From Oopsacas minuta (taxonomy: Eukaryota; Animalia; Porifera), in contig JAKMXF010000222.1 in assembly GCA_024704765.1 (NCBI GenBank), positions 1,756,405 through 1,820,404 on the forward strand: a stretch of DNA of 64,000 bases. The letters run 5' to 3'. Shown here piece by piece: positions 26,124 to 39,206 of the stretch. The notes under the pieces are model-generated. The model had not been told where the DNA came from, searched no databases, and saw only the letters and a list, made by a program, of their open reading frames with translations. The position numbers were made by a program, and so were the translations under genes. The stretch's first letter is position 1. Every line of letters begins with the position of its first letter.

Positions 26124-26710
26124 TACAGATAAAATATTCAAGCTGTTTGATAACATCTGTTTCGCAAAATTATAGCTATCCCTCCTCATAGGGCATTGCA
26201 AGGTCATTTCTTGTGTTATAGAAATCCACAATTTATCGAAAAGACCATTTAGTCTACAAAATTAAAACTCTGGGGTGGCATCCCGGTACGGTGCTCGCCG
26301 TACCACTTTAATGATTGCTAGCTCTGCTATACTACCATGGTCTGTTCGAAACATATAATTTGTTAATAATTTACTAATTTTTTATATTTTGATATAACTG
26401 TACACATAGTAGACAGGTTGTTAGTTAAATTCCTTCCGTAACATTGCAGTTAATCGCCTGAACATATACAAAAACTGGTGCGGCTTCGCCGGACTACCAT
26501 TCGAACACTATATATTTCTCGCTATGTCACTTTCGAAGGGACGTGCCGCGCCTGAGAACTGTGTCATAGGAGCTACAATTAGAACCTCATAGCCCATATA
26601 AATCAGAACAGTTCTAACAGTTGAGAAAACCAGATATACAATCACATTCAACAATCTTGAATTGTGACTCGAGTGTACAAAAAAATTGGAAATATATTAA
26701 TGAATGAATA

Positions 26711-26929
26711 TCGTATTATTTCGAATAATCGCCCTTCTGAGGTTCCTAAAAATAATAACTGCTTAAAGTGAATGATATTTCCCTTACATTTAAGATAAAT
26801 AAACATAATGCAAGCACATAGGTATGATTATATTGAGATTATCGTGTTTATAAAAATCGAAACTTCCCTCTCAAGGCGGCTTGAAATTAATAATTATAAT
26901 CGCCCCGGTTATTATTCGAGGTAATACGG
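26711..26929. mobile_element. Tc2/pogo-type MITE
   Basis: TA|TCGTATTATTTCGAATAAT ... ATTATTCGAGGTAATACGG|TA. Confidence 0.65.
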
Positions 26930-27138
26930 TATCCATGGTCCGAATTGAGTTTACATTTTGGTACCCTACGTTGACCATATATAGCCAGCTATTGAGCATT
27001 ACGTCAGCCCTGGTGTCCTCGAATTTCTTCAATCAATTCTGGACATATAACAATATATAGAAAATAGATATGTTGCAGTCATACCGTTTCCAGTTGAAAG
27101 GTGTTGTTCATTGCTTTTAACATCAAATGAACAACATA

Positions 27139-27457
27139 CAATAGTACGTAAATTATCCGAACATGATGGGACCGAGGGGGTTCGGACAACTGACACTTAT
27201 TGCATTATATGCTAGGTGTGGCTAGATAATTAACAATGCATATTATTTTCATAGATTTAGTATAAATAATGTAAATATGGTCAAATAGCTTTTTCAGGTA
27301 TATTATCATATTTCAGAATTCAGACCATATCGCCAGTACATATAATCAATTATATTTAGTGGTAAACAGGTTAGAGAAAGAATGAAACACTAGAGGAGTG
27401 GAGAATACAAGCGTTCGGTTAACCGAGCGAGGTGTTCGGATAACTGACGTACTAATG
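27139..27457. mobile_element. pogo-type MITE
   Basis: TA|CAATAGTACGTAAATTATCCGAACA ... TGTTCGGATAACTGACGTACTAATG|TA. Confidence 0.7.
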
Positions 27458-29213
27458 TATATTAATTGCATGACACTATGACTCATCACCTAACTGGTGA
27501 AATTATCAGAATAAAGAACCGTAATTGAAATCCGTTCGATATGACAATACTGTAGAGTCTAGACCCTCGATTATCCAACACCTCAGATATTCGAACAGCA
27601 GGAGACATATTTAGCCTAGAAAATTTGACCTAATTTAATTTGATATTGGAGCTTCAGACAAATTAAGTACTCATTTATTTTTTTCGAACCAAATTGTAGT
27701 GATATTATGGGGATATTTGTATAAATCGAATATATTAGAAATGAATTTCATATATCAAATAGACTATTTCAGTTATCTGAACACCAAACTGAATTCAAAG
27801 ACGAAGGTGTTCGAATAACAGCGGGTGAACTGTATTTTGGCTCGATTTCAACAAATAATTCGAACTCTTTGAGTCAATTCATTGAATATATTATCAAGAA
27901 GTGTATACATTTATAGGTGGTACTCGTTGTTTTGTTAGAAATTGTGGTGGAATTGTGAAATTCTAGAGATGATAGATAACAATCCCGGTTGTTTATTTGA
28001 TGTTAAACGTATATGCCTAATTAGTAAGCAAAGTTATGCATGCATTATTACCATTCGAAATTCAATCGGTGGAATAGGGTTGCCGCATCTGGGAGGACTG
28101 GTGCCTGGTGCATTTTGGAGTTTTACCTGTAATAAAATTTATATTGATAGACAGGTGTTATTTAGGTGTTGGGCAACGTTGGGGTAAGATTTTCGGCAAT
28201 TTTATCATGATAAGAGAATGTAAAGTAATATACTTGTTTCTTATCCCCGTTAGGAAAGATTCTATTTGTATTTTTGCCAAATTTTTGCATAATTCTTTGG
28301 TCACAGATTGTGCAATCCACATTTTACTACTTGTATAGTTGAATAATTTAATCCTTTTATTCCCAGAGAGGTGATGAGATAATTGAAGGGTCAAAATATT
28401 TACATATTAACTGACCTATAAAAATTAAAATAAAATACCGTCCGCCATCCCATTTTCAAAAAAATTCCGGATGACAAACAAGTAATGTATTTTACATGGC
28501 CTAACTGGGAATAAGGACCCCAAGCAGGCCAAGCTGTACTTCCTGTCTTTCGACCGATATTTTAATTTCTCATTCAAAATTTTAAATAAATCTACACAAA
28601 CTTTTCCCTTTTTAGCTACCGTCATGAATTACATATTAATTTTGAGATATCTCAAATGAAATAAATAATTCACTAAAATATTTTAATAATTAGCATATGC
28701 TTGTATTAGCTCAGTCCTCAATAAAGAAAGTATATTTTCGTTTTTTAATAATTCGATACAAATTAATTACTAACATCTCATCACTCGGTATTTCTACCAC
28801 TCGATCTTCTCAGTGTAAAATCCAATTTCGCAGAAAGAAGCGAAAATCAACTCCAGCACGAGCTCCACATTGTAGTTTCAGAACAGTTTCGAAAATCAAA
28901 ATTACGGATAAAACTTGTCTTCACAAGCACTATATCTGTAAAGTTAAAAGAAAACACAAAGAATTACCAAGTATTGATAATAGCGATGTGCTTATAATAA
29001 ACTTAACATTACTAACAATAGAATAGTTTGTGAAAATGATGACAAAATTAATCGAAGTAGAACAATCTGTAATCACTACCTCCTAGCCAAACTATACGAG
29101 GTGAGTCCAGCACTGCTATAGCTTGCTAGAATTGAATAAAATCTATATTTGCATCTGAAGATTGGTGGCTGCTCTGATGTATGAAGATTACCAATGATGA
29201 TGTTAGCCTTGTT

Positions 29214-32200
29214 TCACTGCTGCGATTTGTAGCTGTGAGATGAGAATACAGCATCTTCCATGGGAGAGTTGATGTCCGAATGTTTAGAAAGATGACTCTT
29301 CACCTCATCAAAACAATCTTCTGAAGATAGAGGGAACCTTCTGGGACTCCAGCCGTAGGATGAAACAGATATCTTCTGAATATCAGCATTAACCTGATGT
29401 CTTTTCAATCTCTTACTGGAGGCAGAATAATGTAGAGCGTCTTGATAGTTTCTGATCTCTAACTCCTCACATTTAGAGTGCATGGCTTCGTATGGAGTGT
29501 CAGTTGTATCCTTATAGAGAAATAGGTTATTACAAATAACAATAATGAATGGATTCACTATAGATTATTCATATACCTCATGAGTATCAGTATTAAATTT
29601 ATGCACTCCTTCAACAGGCCTCCAACCAGGGATAATAATCTCTTTGAAGCTAGGTTTCTCAGGTTTAGGAAGATAACTCCCTGGGATAATAATGCTAGTT
29701 GTGTCGTAGCTCCTGGCACGTCTCTGTCGGGATCCTCCGTGGAACAGAGGTTTACTCTTCTCGGGTTTATTTTGTGACATCTCTGCAATGGAAACATGTC
29801 TGTACTTGCTACCTAATAGAAATACATCAATATGATCGTTATAATACCAACAAAACTGGGTATGAGCTAACTTGAAGTTTGTGAGTTGTTTAGTTTAGGT
29901 CTATGTCCTATTTTCTTGCTCTCCATCCTCATCGCCTTGTAACGACTCTGTACAGCTGGAGAGGATTTGTTGTGAGATATAGCGAGCTCTAGCTTTCTAA
30001 GATCTTTAGAATCTAACGGCAGATCCTTGGAAGGAACTCCCATAGTAGAATCATACATGAGGAGAGTACTGGGAATATCTAAAAAGCAATTTAAGATAAT
30101 ATATAAGTCAGTTATTAAGATCCTAGTTTGTAAATGATCTATGGTCAAATTCTATTCAATTTATTGTATAAATTATTACGTAGATGTTTTGAAATCTTTG
30201 TATTGGGAATTTTTGCTATCATGATCAATTGATCATTTAAAAACTTGCAATATCAATGAGTTTCCTTCGGGGTATTTCGTCGTGAAGACTAAGAATTTCA
30301 TCTTCGAAGGATATATGGTTGTAATTGAATCGGCTATATGCTACGAATTTGCATATTTTGCTGATTGGTTTTTCTGGCTCTATTCCCGTGCATTTAGAGG
30401 AAAAAACTATTTCAACTGTAATACAAATATACCAACTTACCGTCTCGTAAAGATAGAATAGAGTGGTGGTGAGGAGTAGATTGTAATATATTGTTAAGAG
30501 AGCTGAGTTTTAACGAAGCAGACTGATGGATAACATGTGAAGGCTTAGAGGGAGCATAGGGGATACAGCGAGATGCTGTGTCTAGTGGGAGCACTTCCTC
30601 TTGTGTAGAATGAACATTATGTAGATCCTCTAGTCTCTTGTTAACATAATCTATCTCATTGTCTATCTGAGCAATTTGTAAGTCTAACCAGTTCCATCTC
30701 CCACCAATCTCAGCTCTATCATTCAGCCAATTACGATACAGTCTTGTAAGTCTATTAATAAAACGAATTAAACATATCCAGCTTGTACTTGTATATATAT
30801 ATTTTGGGAAATATGAGATATCGTCTCTTATCCTATTAGAATACTTACATTAAATAGTACTAACCTCCTGCGTTTGGGACCGCCCAGATTAGTACTGTTA
30901 AGATAACACTCATCTTCAGAAGAACTCTCAGTCTCATACCCCGTATTCATTCTATCATGACAGTTCTTGATTCCTGATTTAAGAAGGCGAGCTTGTTTCT
31001 CACTCTCCCTAACAGAGCGAAATATCAACATAGTATTTGCCATATAGATTTGAAATATTCGGCTAATGCTAATAGAATACGCTGTGTGAGAGTGTGGAAT
31101 AATATAATGTTAATAATTTCCGCAAAACTCATTGCAGTTAAAACTGTCATTAACGCCCACCCGGCGAATAATCAGTCGTATAAGTGGTCGCTCATGGCAG
31201 GTCATAAAGACAGGTATCACTATAATGTAATCTCACAACAAATGATATTCGCTTGAGTTCTAATGAACTACATACTTTTAGTGTTTAGAATACGAATTTA
31301 CTAGAACCGGTATATACAATGAGTGAGGCAGATCCGAGGTAATTACACGAGTATGTACACAATTTGTACATACATGTATATTACACATATTAATTTGTAT
31401 ACATACCTCGTGTGGGTTAGCTTCAATAGATGCGAGTGTGTCAGTGGGGGTACTTTGGAGCAGTAAAATTGTTGTTTATTTTGTGTGACAGATAACAACG
31501 TCTGAGATTGTTGAAACAAGATTTTCTCTTCCATCTGAGCAATAGACTCCTTCAACTCTCTACTCTTCCTCAATAGAGTTTGCTGCATAGAAAAAATATA
31601 CTCATATTTCTTCATATGTAATTTAGTTGTAACATCTTGTCTGGGATCATCTATGAAGACCTGTAAGGCAGGAGGGATATGAAGAGAAGGAAAAATGGAT
31701 GTCTCCCCAATCGTAACACCATCTAGCTGACTATGAGGTTGAATTGTACTGAATGTCTCTATCTCTGATACAAGAGTTACCTCCCCAGTAGTAGAGTACT
31801 CTATATCAAGTTCAAGTGGAGGTTGTGAAGGTGAATGAGACGGAGATATGTCTGCTGTTGCAGGTTCCTGTTGACAGTCATGGAACTCACAGGGACTAGA
31901 ACATACTTCCGGTTGTACATCATTCTGAGTAGAGGGATTAGGCAGCTGGAGATCTGTAACATCGTCTGGCGGAGTCTCTAGCTCGTAGTTAGGATTCTTA
32001 TTCTCTATCTCAGCTTGAGATTGTTTGAGGCAGATTTCTCCTGAGCTAACCTCTTGATTACTCTCTGACTCGGTTTCTCCCTCTTTTTCTGGGAGCTGGT
32101 TAGTACACTGTGAAGCTAAACCATTCGTTTGGGTATCAGAAGATAGAGTGCTGAAGGGGTCACTGGTAGGATCTTCTGGGGTAGTAGAGCTGAGAGGGGG

Positions 32201-32940
32201 TGTGTCAAGAGAGTGAGGTTTGATAGAGTCCTTCAGCTGAGAAGAAGCGTCTGATCCTACGTCATGTTGTGTTCCATTAGTAATTACTGGAGAGGGAACA
32301 TGCCTACAAACTGTGTGACGACTAGTATCAGCTGGTGTGTCAAGTTCTAATTTCCTGACTCTCTCAGATTCCAATTCTCCCGTATTGTTGTTTATAGATG
32401 TATTAGAACCAGTAGGCGATATATCCGAATTCTTCTCACAATCTGGGTCCCCATGTAGCTGAGAAGGATCAGTGTTGGAATTCAAAAAAGATGTGTTTTT
32501 ATAGAATGAATTAATTTTGACTTTATCCATAGGTTCCGCGTACGGGGGTGTGTCCTTGTGTTGTTGGGAGGATAGAGAGGAGAAGGCACGGCGGGGAGAA
32601 GTCAGGAGGGGTATATGGGGGTTGTTGGTCGGGAGAGATACGGGTGCTTGGGATTTTATAGAAATAGTTTGAGTGATTAAAACTTCGTCGGAGTGAGCAG
32701 GGTGTGGCCGGATGTTCTCGCCGATAGTTAGCTGGTCCTCAGAAGTTAGAGAAAGTATTTTAGCTCTAGTTTGATCTCGTGAATAAGAGAATTGTCCTAG
32801 AATAATATCTGGATCTTCTTCAATTGGCCATTCACCAGTGACATCCTCAGGCAAGAGGGAAGGTGGGTGTCCTGTTTCAAGTTCCATAGGCTCAGGAGAG
32901 CTGGTAACAGACATGTAATCAGGTTTCGTAGTCAAGAGGC
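29214..32940 (-). CDS. KANSL1: KAT8 regulatory NSL complex subunit 1 (PEHE domain)
   Basis: Exons 32940-31407, 31008-30865, 30751-30441, 30078-29871, 29812-29577 and 29510-29214 in consistent phases. Motifs ETESSSEDE, WLNDRAEIGGRWNWLDLQI, HSILSLRDD, SYDTTSIIIP...KPSFKEIIIPGWR and EDTTDTPYEAMHSKCEELE (PEHE) parallel KANSL1. The start is either ATG 32914 or an unseen upstream exon. Confidence 0.85.
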
Positions 32941-33588
32941 CTGCAATAGAACAAATACAATAAAACTCTTCAATAGTTATTGTTTAGAATAAGATATATT
33001 TTTGGTTCACTATAATAATATAATAAATTCTAAAACATTCTTTCATAATAATAATTTTATAAACGAAATATAAAATGGTACTTGATATAGGTATGCCAAT
33101 GCTTGTAAGTATAGAAATGGAAAGAAAATGGAATATTTGACTATATTCTATTTTGAATATTAGTTGTTTTGGCTAGTCAATAATACAATGTGAAATTCAA
33201 TACATAAAAGGAATTATTACAAACAAAACAGAATTAGGAGAATATCATTGGCTAAATAATACTTTATAAATTCACGTTGACGATGTAAGGAAGGATAATT
33301 AGAAGTATAATTAGTGTGTATCTATAATTTATATTAGATTGAATATATTGATTAAAGATCTAACGTACTGTAGAGGGTATAACCAAGAGTACATATGATG
33401 ATGCAATGAAAATCAAACGTACCATGATTTTAAGAATATTTGCAGTGTACATTGGAGATCAAATGAAATATCGAAAGTTGTAAATCAGTGACTGGTCTGA
33501 TTCATGATGTTTCCACCATCTTCAAACTGCACGCCACAACACATATACATATTGATAGCATTCACATGATTACTTTTAGTAACCATGG

Positions 33589-34221
33589 TAGGGATTCCAA
33601 TCCCGGGATCCCAGGATTTACTATGCTTAATTAATACATTAAAATTTTTACTTCTATATATGTACATAGCTTATACTAATACTATGATTGATGGATTATT
33701 CTTTGTAATAGTTACAAGTCATTTGCTTGCTTTCGTTTATACGGCGAAGAATGAGTATATATTCACGTTCTTCAATACTGAATTAAATGGAAATGAATGA
33801 GAATAATAATGAAAGTAGCATAGAAAAATGAAAATACGACAAAGTATCACGATCCGATACCCAAAGCGTATACTATTACTAATCAGTGATGTTATTTCTA
33901 ATAAACACCAATGTGTCCAAATTGTGCACCTTCAAATTCTCGAAATCTAACGTGGTCCACTGCCAGGTAGCTAAAGAATAACAATATCGGTTCTGTTAAG
34001 AATGTACTATAATAATATGCAGTATACGTTATGTGTATGCATTGGTAATATTAAATTATGTAGTACTACGAACATCAGATTGCTATTGTTACATACAATT
34101 TCTGTAGCTTCCTAATTAGGTAGACGTGATATAATTCAATGGAAGCCAATTTTTAGGGTGTGATCAATTCGTTTGAGAATCCCGGTTGGAAAAGTTCCGG
34201 GATCCCGGATTGGAACCCCTA
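33589..34221. mobile_element. hAT MITE (633 bp) with perfect 8-bp TSD
   Basis: TIRs TAGGGATTCCAATCCCGGGATCCC / GGGATCCCGGATTGGAACCCCTA, flanked by AACCATGG at 33581-33588 and 34222-34229. Confidence 0.9.
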
Positions 34222-34324
34222 AACCATGGAAACATAAGTCATTATGAGAGGTATAAATTTCTACCATGCAGTAAAAATGCTGTTTCCTTCTAACCGTTGA
34301 TTCCTTTATGAGGAAGGATAGTTA

Positions 34325-34740
34325 GAAAATGCCCAGCCGATAGACTGGGAGTGCAGCTCAGGGTCATCTACCCAATAAACCCAGATTAGTCGTTGAGACT
34401 AATGATTAATATCATTTAGAAAATTTAATCCCAAAGGTGTGAAAAACGATTAATTAATCATATGGTAACTTTGTGTTCGTAAATTCAATTATACTCTAAA
34501 ATGTCCGAATCGGAACCTAGCCCTATACACCTAATTACACATAACATAATGTTGAAATATAATCTCCAACATGATTTGAAGTTACATAGAAAGGTACAAA
34601 AATACGAGTAATGACCAAAAAGGTGTGAAAAATCAGTTTAGAAAATTCATACTCCCAGGGTGCAAATCTCCATAAAAATGTATAGCAATTTTGGTGTTAA
34701 TTCGACTGCTAAAATTCTTAGCGCATACTCCCAGTAATTT
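34325..34740 (-). mobile_element. Inverted copy of the TGATTAATCATA element family
   Basis: Reverse-complement homology to 2490-2885. Internal inverted pair ACTGGGAGT (34344) / ACTCCCAGT (34727-34735). Confidence 0.6.
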
Positions 34741-35570
34741 TCACTAACTCTTACTAATAAGTAGGATATGAATGTATAAAAGATTGAGAAGCTTGGACAA
34801 TTTGAGAAATTGATGTTCACCACGTACCACGTACGTTATTCACTGTCTAATAAACTATCACAGCAATAGGCTGTCCATGCCTGTTTCAACACATCTTAAT
34901 AGCCTTGGAATTGGAAGAAGTTTTTCTGGGATTAATTAATGGCAGGCTCAATGCCACGTAAAGCTTCCAGAGGAGGGTTGGTAATACCATGTGGCACGTG
35001 TGAGAGGTTATTCCGCGTCATTATTCGTAATGTTACATGTTGATTGAATGAATTGAAGCCTTATGGCTATTAATAATGTCTAGATGTAACAAGCAAAGAA
35101 TCAGGGAGCCATTTCTAATAAACAAATTAAACAAAAGAATCACTAGCAAACCTAATGGAAGAAGACGCGTTCCAGTAATACTTTAATAATATGTAGAATG
35201 CAATTAATTCAAATGGCGCTAAATTTAGCCAAAAATCGAATCAATAATAGCTATAGCTAGATTATCATTACAAGGTAACAACAGAACAGAAGCGGTCTGC
35301 ATCCCTGGGGACCAATATGAGATAATGATCTGATAATTTGAATCAATTCAGTTTCAATAATCCAGAATAGCATGACGGTACTATTTTTCATACCATTTAA
35401 TTAAACACTAAATCAGTCTTTAAAAGAAATTCTAGAATATTTGTAAATTGTAACATATAGGTCAAGGTGTGAAAATATGATTAATTATATGATAATTTTG
35501 TGCTTGTTTGTACAAAATTGTAGCCAAGTGTCCAGGTAGCGTTCTGTCCATTTCCCATGTAACATTCCCA

Positions 35571-35714
35571 CAGTAAACTCTCGTTATACTGAAGTGCTCG
35601 GGACCCGGTTTCATATCGTTATAAGCGGCATTTTGTTTGCAAGCGGCGGAGAAAAATCAATTACTTTCAACCTATAGGGGTAAAGAATCACTTTGTTATA
35701 ACGAGAGCTTACTG
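35571..35714. mobile_element. pogo-type MITE, same subfamily as 56127-56247
   Basis: TIRs CAGTAAACTCTCGTTATA / TATAACGAGAGCTTACTG. The interior matches 56127-56247 in opposite orientation. Confidence 0.8.
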
Positions 35715-37863
35715 TACAATACAACTAAGCTACATCGTAAAAGCTATATAGCTGATAGAGTATTGCTCCTGTATAAGAGGTGAGTGAAGTAATTGGCTGG
35801 TGAAGCCAGGGCCCGAGCCCTTAGGGACCCCTCCAGAGAATTCTCCAGTGTATATACGCAAACAGCAAACAGAAGGCCCTAAATATTTGGATAGCACCAG
35901 GACCAGAGGACTCTTAATGCAGCCATGGGTGACGAGGTAAGTAAGAAAAGAAAATACAACTCTCATACCCGAATTTCGATTAACTAGTCATGCCAATAGA
36001 TCCTAATTCACTGTTTCCTAACCTGGCAACAGAAAGTATTGTGGTCTATGGGAGGGAGTCCACATAAATGAATAAGCAAAAAGTTGGAAACATAGTCCTA
36101 GTTAATATTAGGCGATATGGTGACATGCCATATTTAACAACTGTAGGCGGGACAGTATCGCTTCTGAGGATATAAGTTGAGTGTAGTATCTGACTAATCG
36201 TGCTAAAAATGTAGTTGGCCTGTCCTTTCCGGTAGACCAGATAATCAATATGTTACAGCACATGCAGCGGCGTAGCTAGGACAGTAAGATGGTGCGGCAT
36301 TGCCGCACTTGTAGTACATTTCTATGTAAATTTTGGGTGGGCACACACAATACTAGGTGTGGCATGTACCACATGACTGTACCCTGGTTACGCCCAACCC
36401 ACATTGTGTAGAAGTTTTCACCAGCTGGAAAAAGCGGGTTACAAAGATGTATTCGCTGAAACATACTGTATTTACCTGAATAAGCACCGGGGGGGCTAGA
36501 AAACGGGACAATACTTGTGAGTTAAAGTTTTATCACCACCCTCTAGAAAACACTTTTTCATAAAATTTATGCCTCATTTCACTATGAAACAAATTAGAGT
36601 TAGTTTCCAAATATTTAGACCAAAACCGACGAAAAGAATAAGCGGCAGGGATGTATTCAGAGCAAATACAGTAAATCAAATACAGTATTTAGTGTGTTTG
36701 GAATGCATAGAAACTAATTTGGTGGTTGAGAGAAGCCGTGAAATAGAAACAGCATAGATAACATTATGTTGAATTCACTGCTTGTGAAGAAGCAATACAT
36801 AAATAATGGCTTCAGCTAATGAATAATACTGTAATAGTAGATGCATTAGGTAGTAACTAGTAGCCTATTCTGTAATACAATACTCTGAATAATGAACTCA
36901 CCACGGATAAATGTAGCCTTATTCTCAATCTAATAGCCTCAAAAAGCTAAAAATAAGCGTATCTTTGACTGGGATAAGTAGGCGTTGTGTGAGATATTGT
37001 TACTCCGTTACTCGAGCTCTGTGTACCGACAAGGGTTGGGCGCCAGAAGAGCGAATTTTGACAAAAGAAAACCCAAAATTGAGTGAGAAATCGTAAAATA
37101 TTACCAATGAGTATTTCTGATTTTGTGAAATAGGAAAATAGGCATATAGGCAGTATAGTAGAAATTGATCACTTGAAGGTAACTGAATCTTCCTTTATAT
37201 ACTTGTTCTACAGTGTAGTATTATATAGGAGGGCCATGAATTAGCCCCTGTACTAAAACAAACATGTTTTGAGTCTTGTTTTCACATCTAGTTGATGGAA
37301 ATCAGTGAAAATATTTAAGAAATGAGATAAAATATTTATTTTAACGTTCTAAAATTTTCATTTAGTAACAAATATGTAACTCACTTCAAACGGGTGTAAT
37401 ATGAGTAGGAAGAAGAACAGATATTTATTTGCCACGTGAACTACTTTGGAACTCGTGTGATCTTCAAGATAATATTCCAAACTCCAATAAACTCTAAAAC
37501 TCGTACAATTATTGAGAAACAACTAGCCAGGAAGCAAAAGCCAATAGTTAGGTTGTATATTTATGAAGTTCCTTGATAAACGATAATAGAATATGAATTT
37601 ACATCATGGTTGTCCTGTAACCCCTATTAGCAATGGGAGGAGGTATAGTAATCATAAGATTATGAGTGTACCAGTTTCCGAGTATAACATGGAAATATGA
37701 TTACACAATAACTTCTGACTATCCAGAGGATACAGGAATGACCGTAGATTATTATGGGGCTATAATGCCATATATTTTAATAAGATAGAATCGTTCTTTG
37801 AGATCAAGGCTGATTCGATATTATTGTTAGATTGTTTCAAAAACTTACGTGGAAGTATTATGC

Positions 37864-37950
<87 letters not shown>
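37864..37950. repeat. (AAT)29 microsatellite
   Basis: Perfect trinucleotide run. Confidence 0.98.
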
Positions 37951-37954
<4 letters not shown>

Positions 37955-38736
37955 GTCTGTCAACTTTAACTGAACCTATAACTACCTATCATAACATGAC
38001 ATTCCCGGTGGCGTATTCAAGATCGGAATGAGTCTAGCCAAAGTGCTTTGATTTTATGAACTTTAGAGTTATAATACTGGTATGCTGTGAATGCATTACG
38101 TTTCTAACTATTGGTCCTTGATCATACAAAGAAATTTGTCTCCGACAGAACGGTGCAATACATCATCGCAAATATTTCTCACATTTGTGGGATTGAATAA
38201 TAAGAGCGATGATTATAACCAATCAAAATGGGGTTAAAATGGAGAGGGAAATCTATTGAATGATAGTTCTTATTCTGCAATATTATTATTAGCTCATATT
38301 TTGTGCTCCTCTACCTCTAATTCTCTATGGACAGCTAACTGTAATAAACCAAATCACTAAATAGTTGCCTGTATGATATTACTGCAAATCTAAAGCTAGT
38401 TGGTATACAAACAAGGTAGTTCTAGCTAATGGTTTGTACAATTTTCACCAGGGTTTCACCGTTCCATGCCTCCATATAGCCTCTCTGCTAAAATATCTCG
38501 TCTCTTATCTCTTTCTTCATCATGGACAGATGGACTACGTAGCTAAGAAATTAGAGATAAAACGTGTATAAGCATGCAGGGTATATTCAGGGACAGCTAC
38601 GCTCATATAGGCATATGAATATGACTAGATATAGTTAAGAGCGGGAAATATTGGACCATTCCCCAATCGGTAACATTAATTTTCTTATTTAGACAAATTA
38701 TGACAATTTAGATAGAGTTATTGAAGGCATAGTACG

Positions 38737-38845
38737 CAGGGCTCTCAACTTGGGAACTTTCAGAATCGTGAGATTAGTTTTCTAATAAAAGACAAAGGAT
38801 TACGTTGTGACTTTAGAAACGAAATCGTGAGAATTGAGAGCCCTG
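38737..38845. mobile_element. Short hAT-like MITE
   Basis: 12-bp TIR CAGGGCTCTCAA / TTGAGAGCCCTG; TSD not preserved. Confidence 0.55.
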
Positions 38846-38979
38846 AGGACGGTAGGAGCGTGTTCTCATGGCCCGGTACATGCATTATCCTGTTAAACTA
38901 AATAATTGAGTTTCAGGTCAGCCAAATTGTGCAAATGCAGAGTTGCCCAGGTTCGTTGACTTGGCTAATACGAGCATGA

Positions 38980-39206
38980 AAGTCTTCAAACGTTACGTAA
39001 CCTTACCCTGGGAGGGGGTTATTTTTCGCGAATTTTGCGTTACGTAACGTCTGACGCCCCACGCCATGTCACACCAAAAACAACCAGCTGAAATCTGCCC
39101 TCAAATTTCGTTACCCATGTTGGCATATAGGCTCACGTAACTTTGAAAGTGTCATAGAGATGCATAACTTTGGGTAATTAGCGTTACGTAGCGTTTGAAC
39201 AGCCTC
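38980..39206. mobile_element. PIF/Harbinger (Tourist-like) MITE
   Basis: TTCAAACGTTACGTAAC ... GCGTTACGTAGCGTTTGAACAGCCTC|TTA, with a TTA flank on the right only. Confidence 0.5.

Noticed and set aside
28697-29026. 109-aa basic plus-strand ORF
   Set aside because: No recognisable domain or splice context; probably chance or repeat-derived.
35730-35966. ORF with GGVPKGSGPG resembling the non-LTR RT motif SGVPQGS
   Set aside because: It is a single short motif with no (F/Y)ADD or other RT motif in register; insufficient.
37760-38031. Poly-Tyr and poly-Asn ORFs in the track
   Set aside because: They are translations of the (AAT)29 microsatellite.
38005-38045. GGTGGCGTATTCAAGATCGG as a tRNA/SINE box
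   Set aside because: No cloverleaf or properly spaced A/B boxes.
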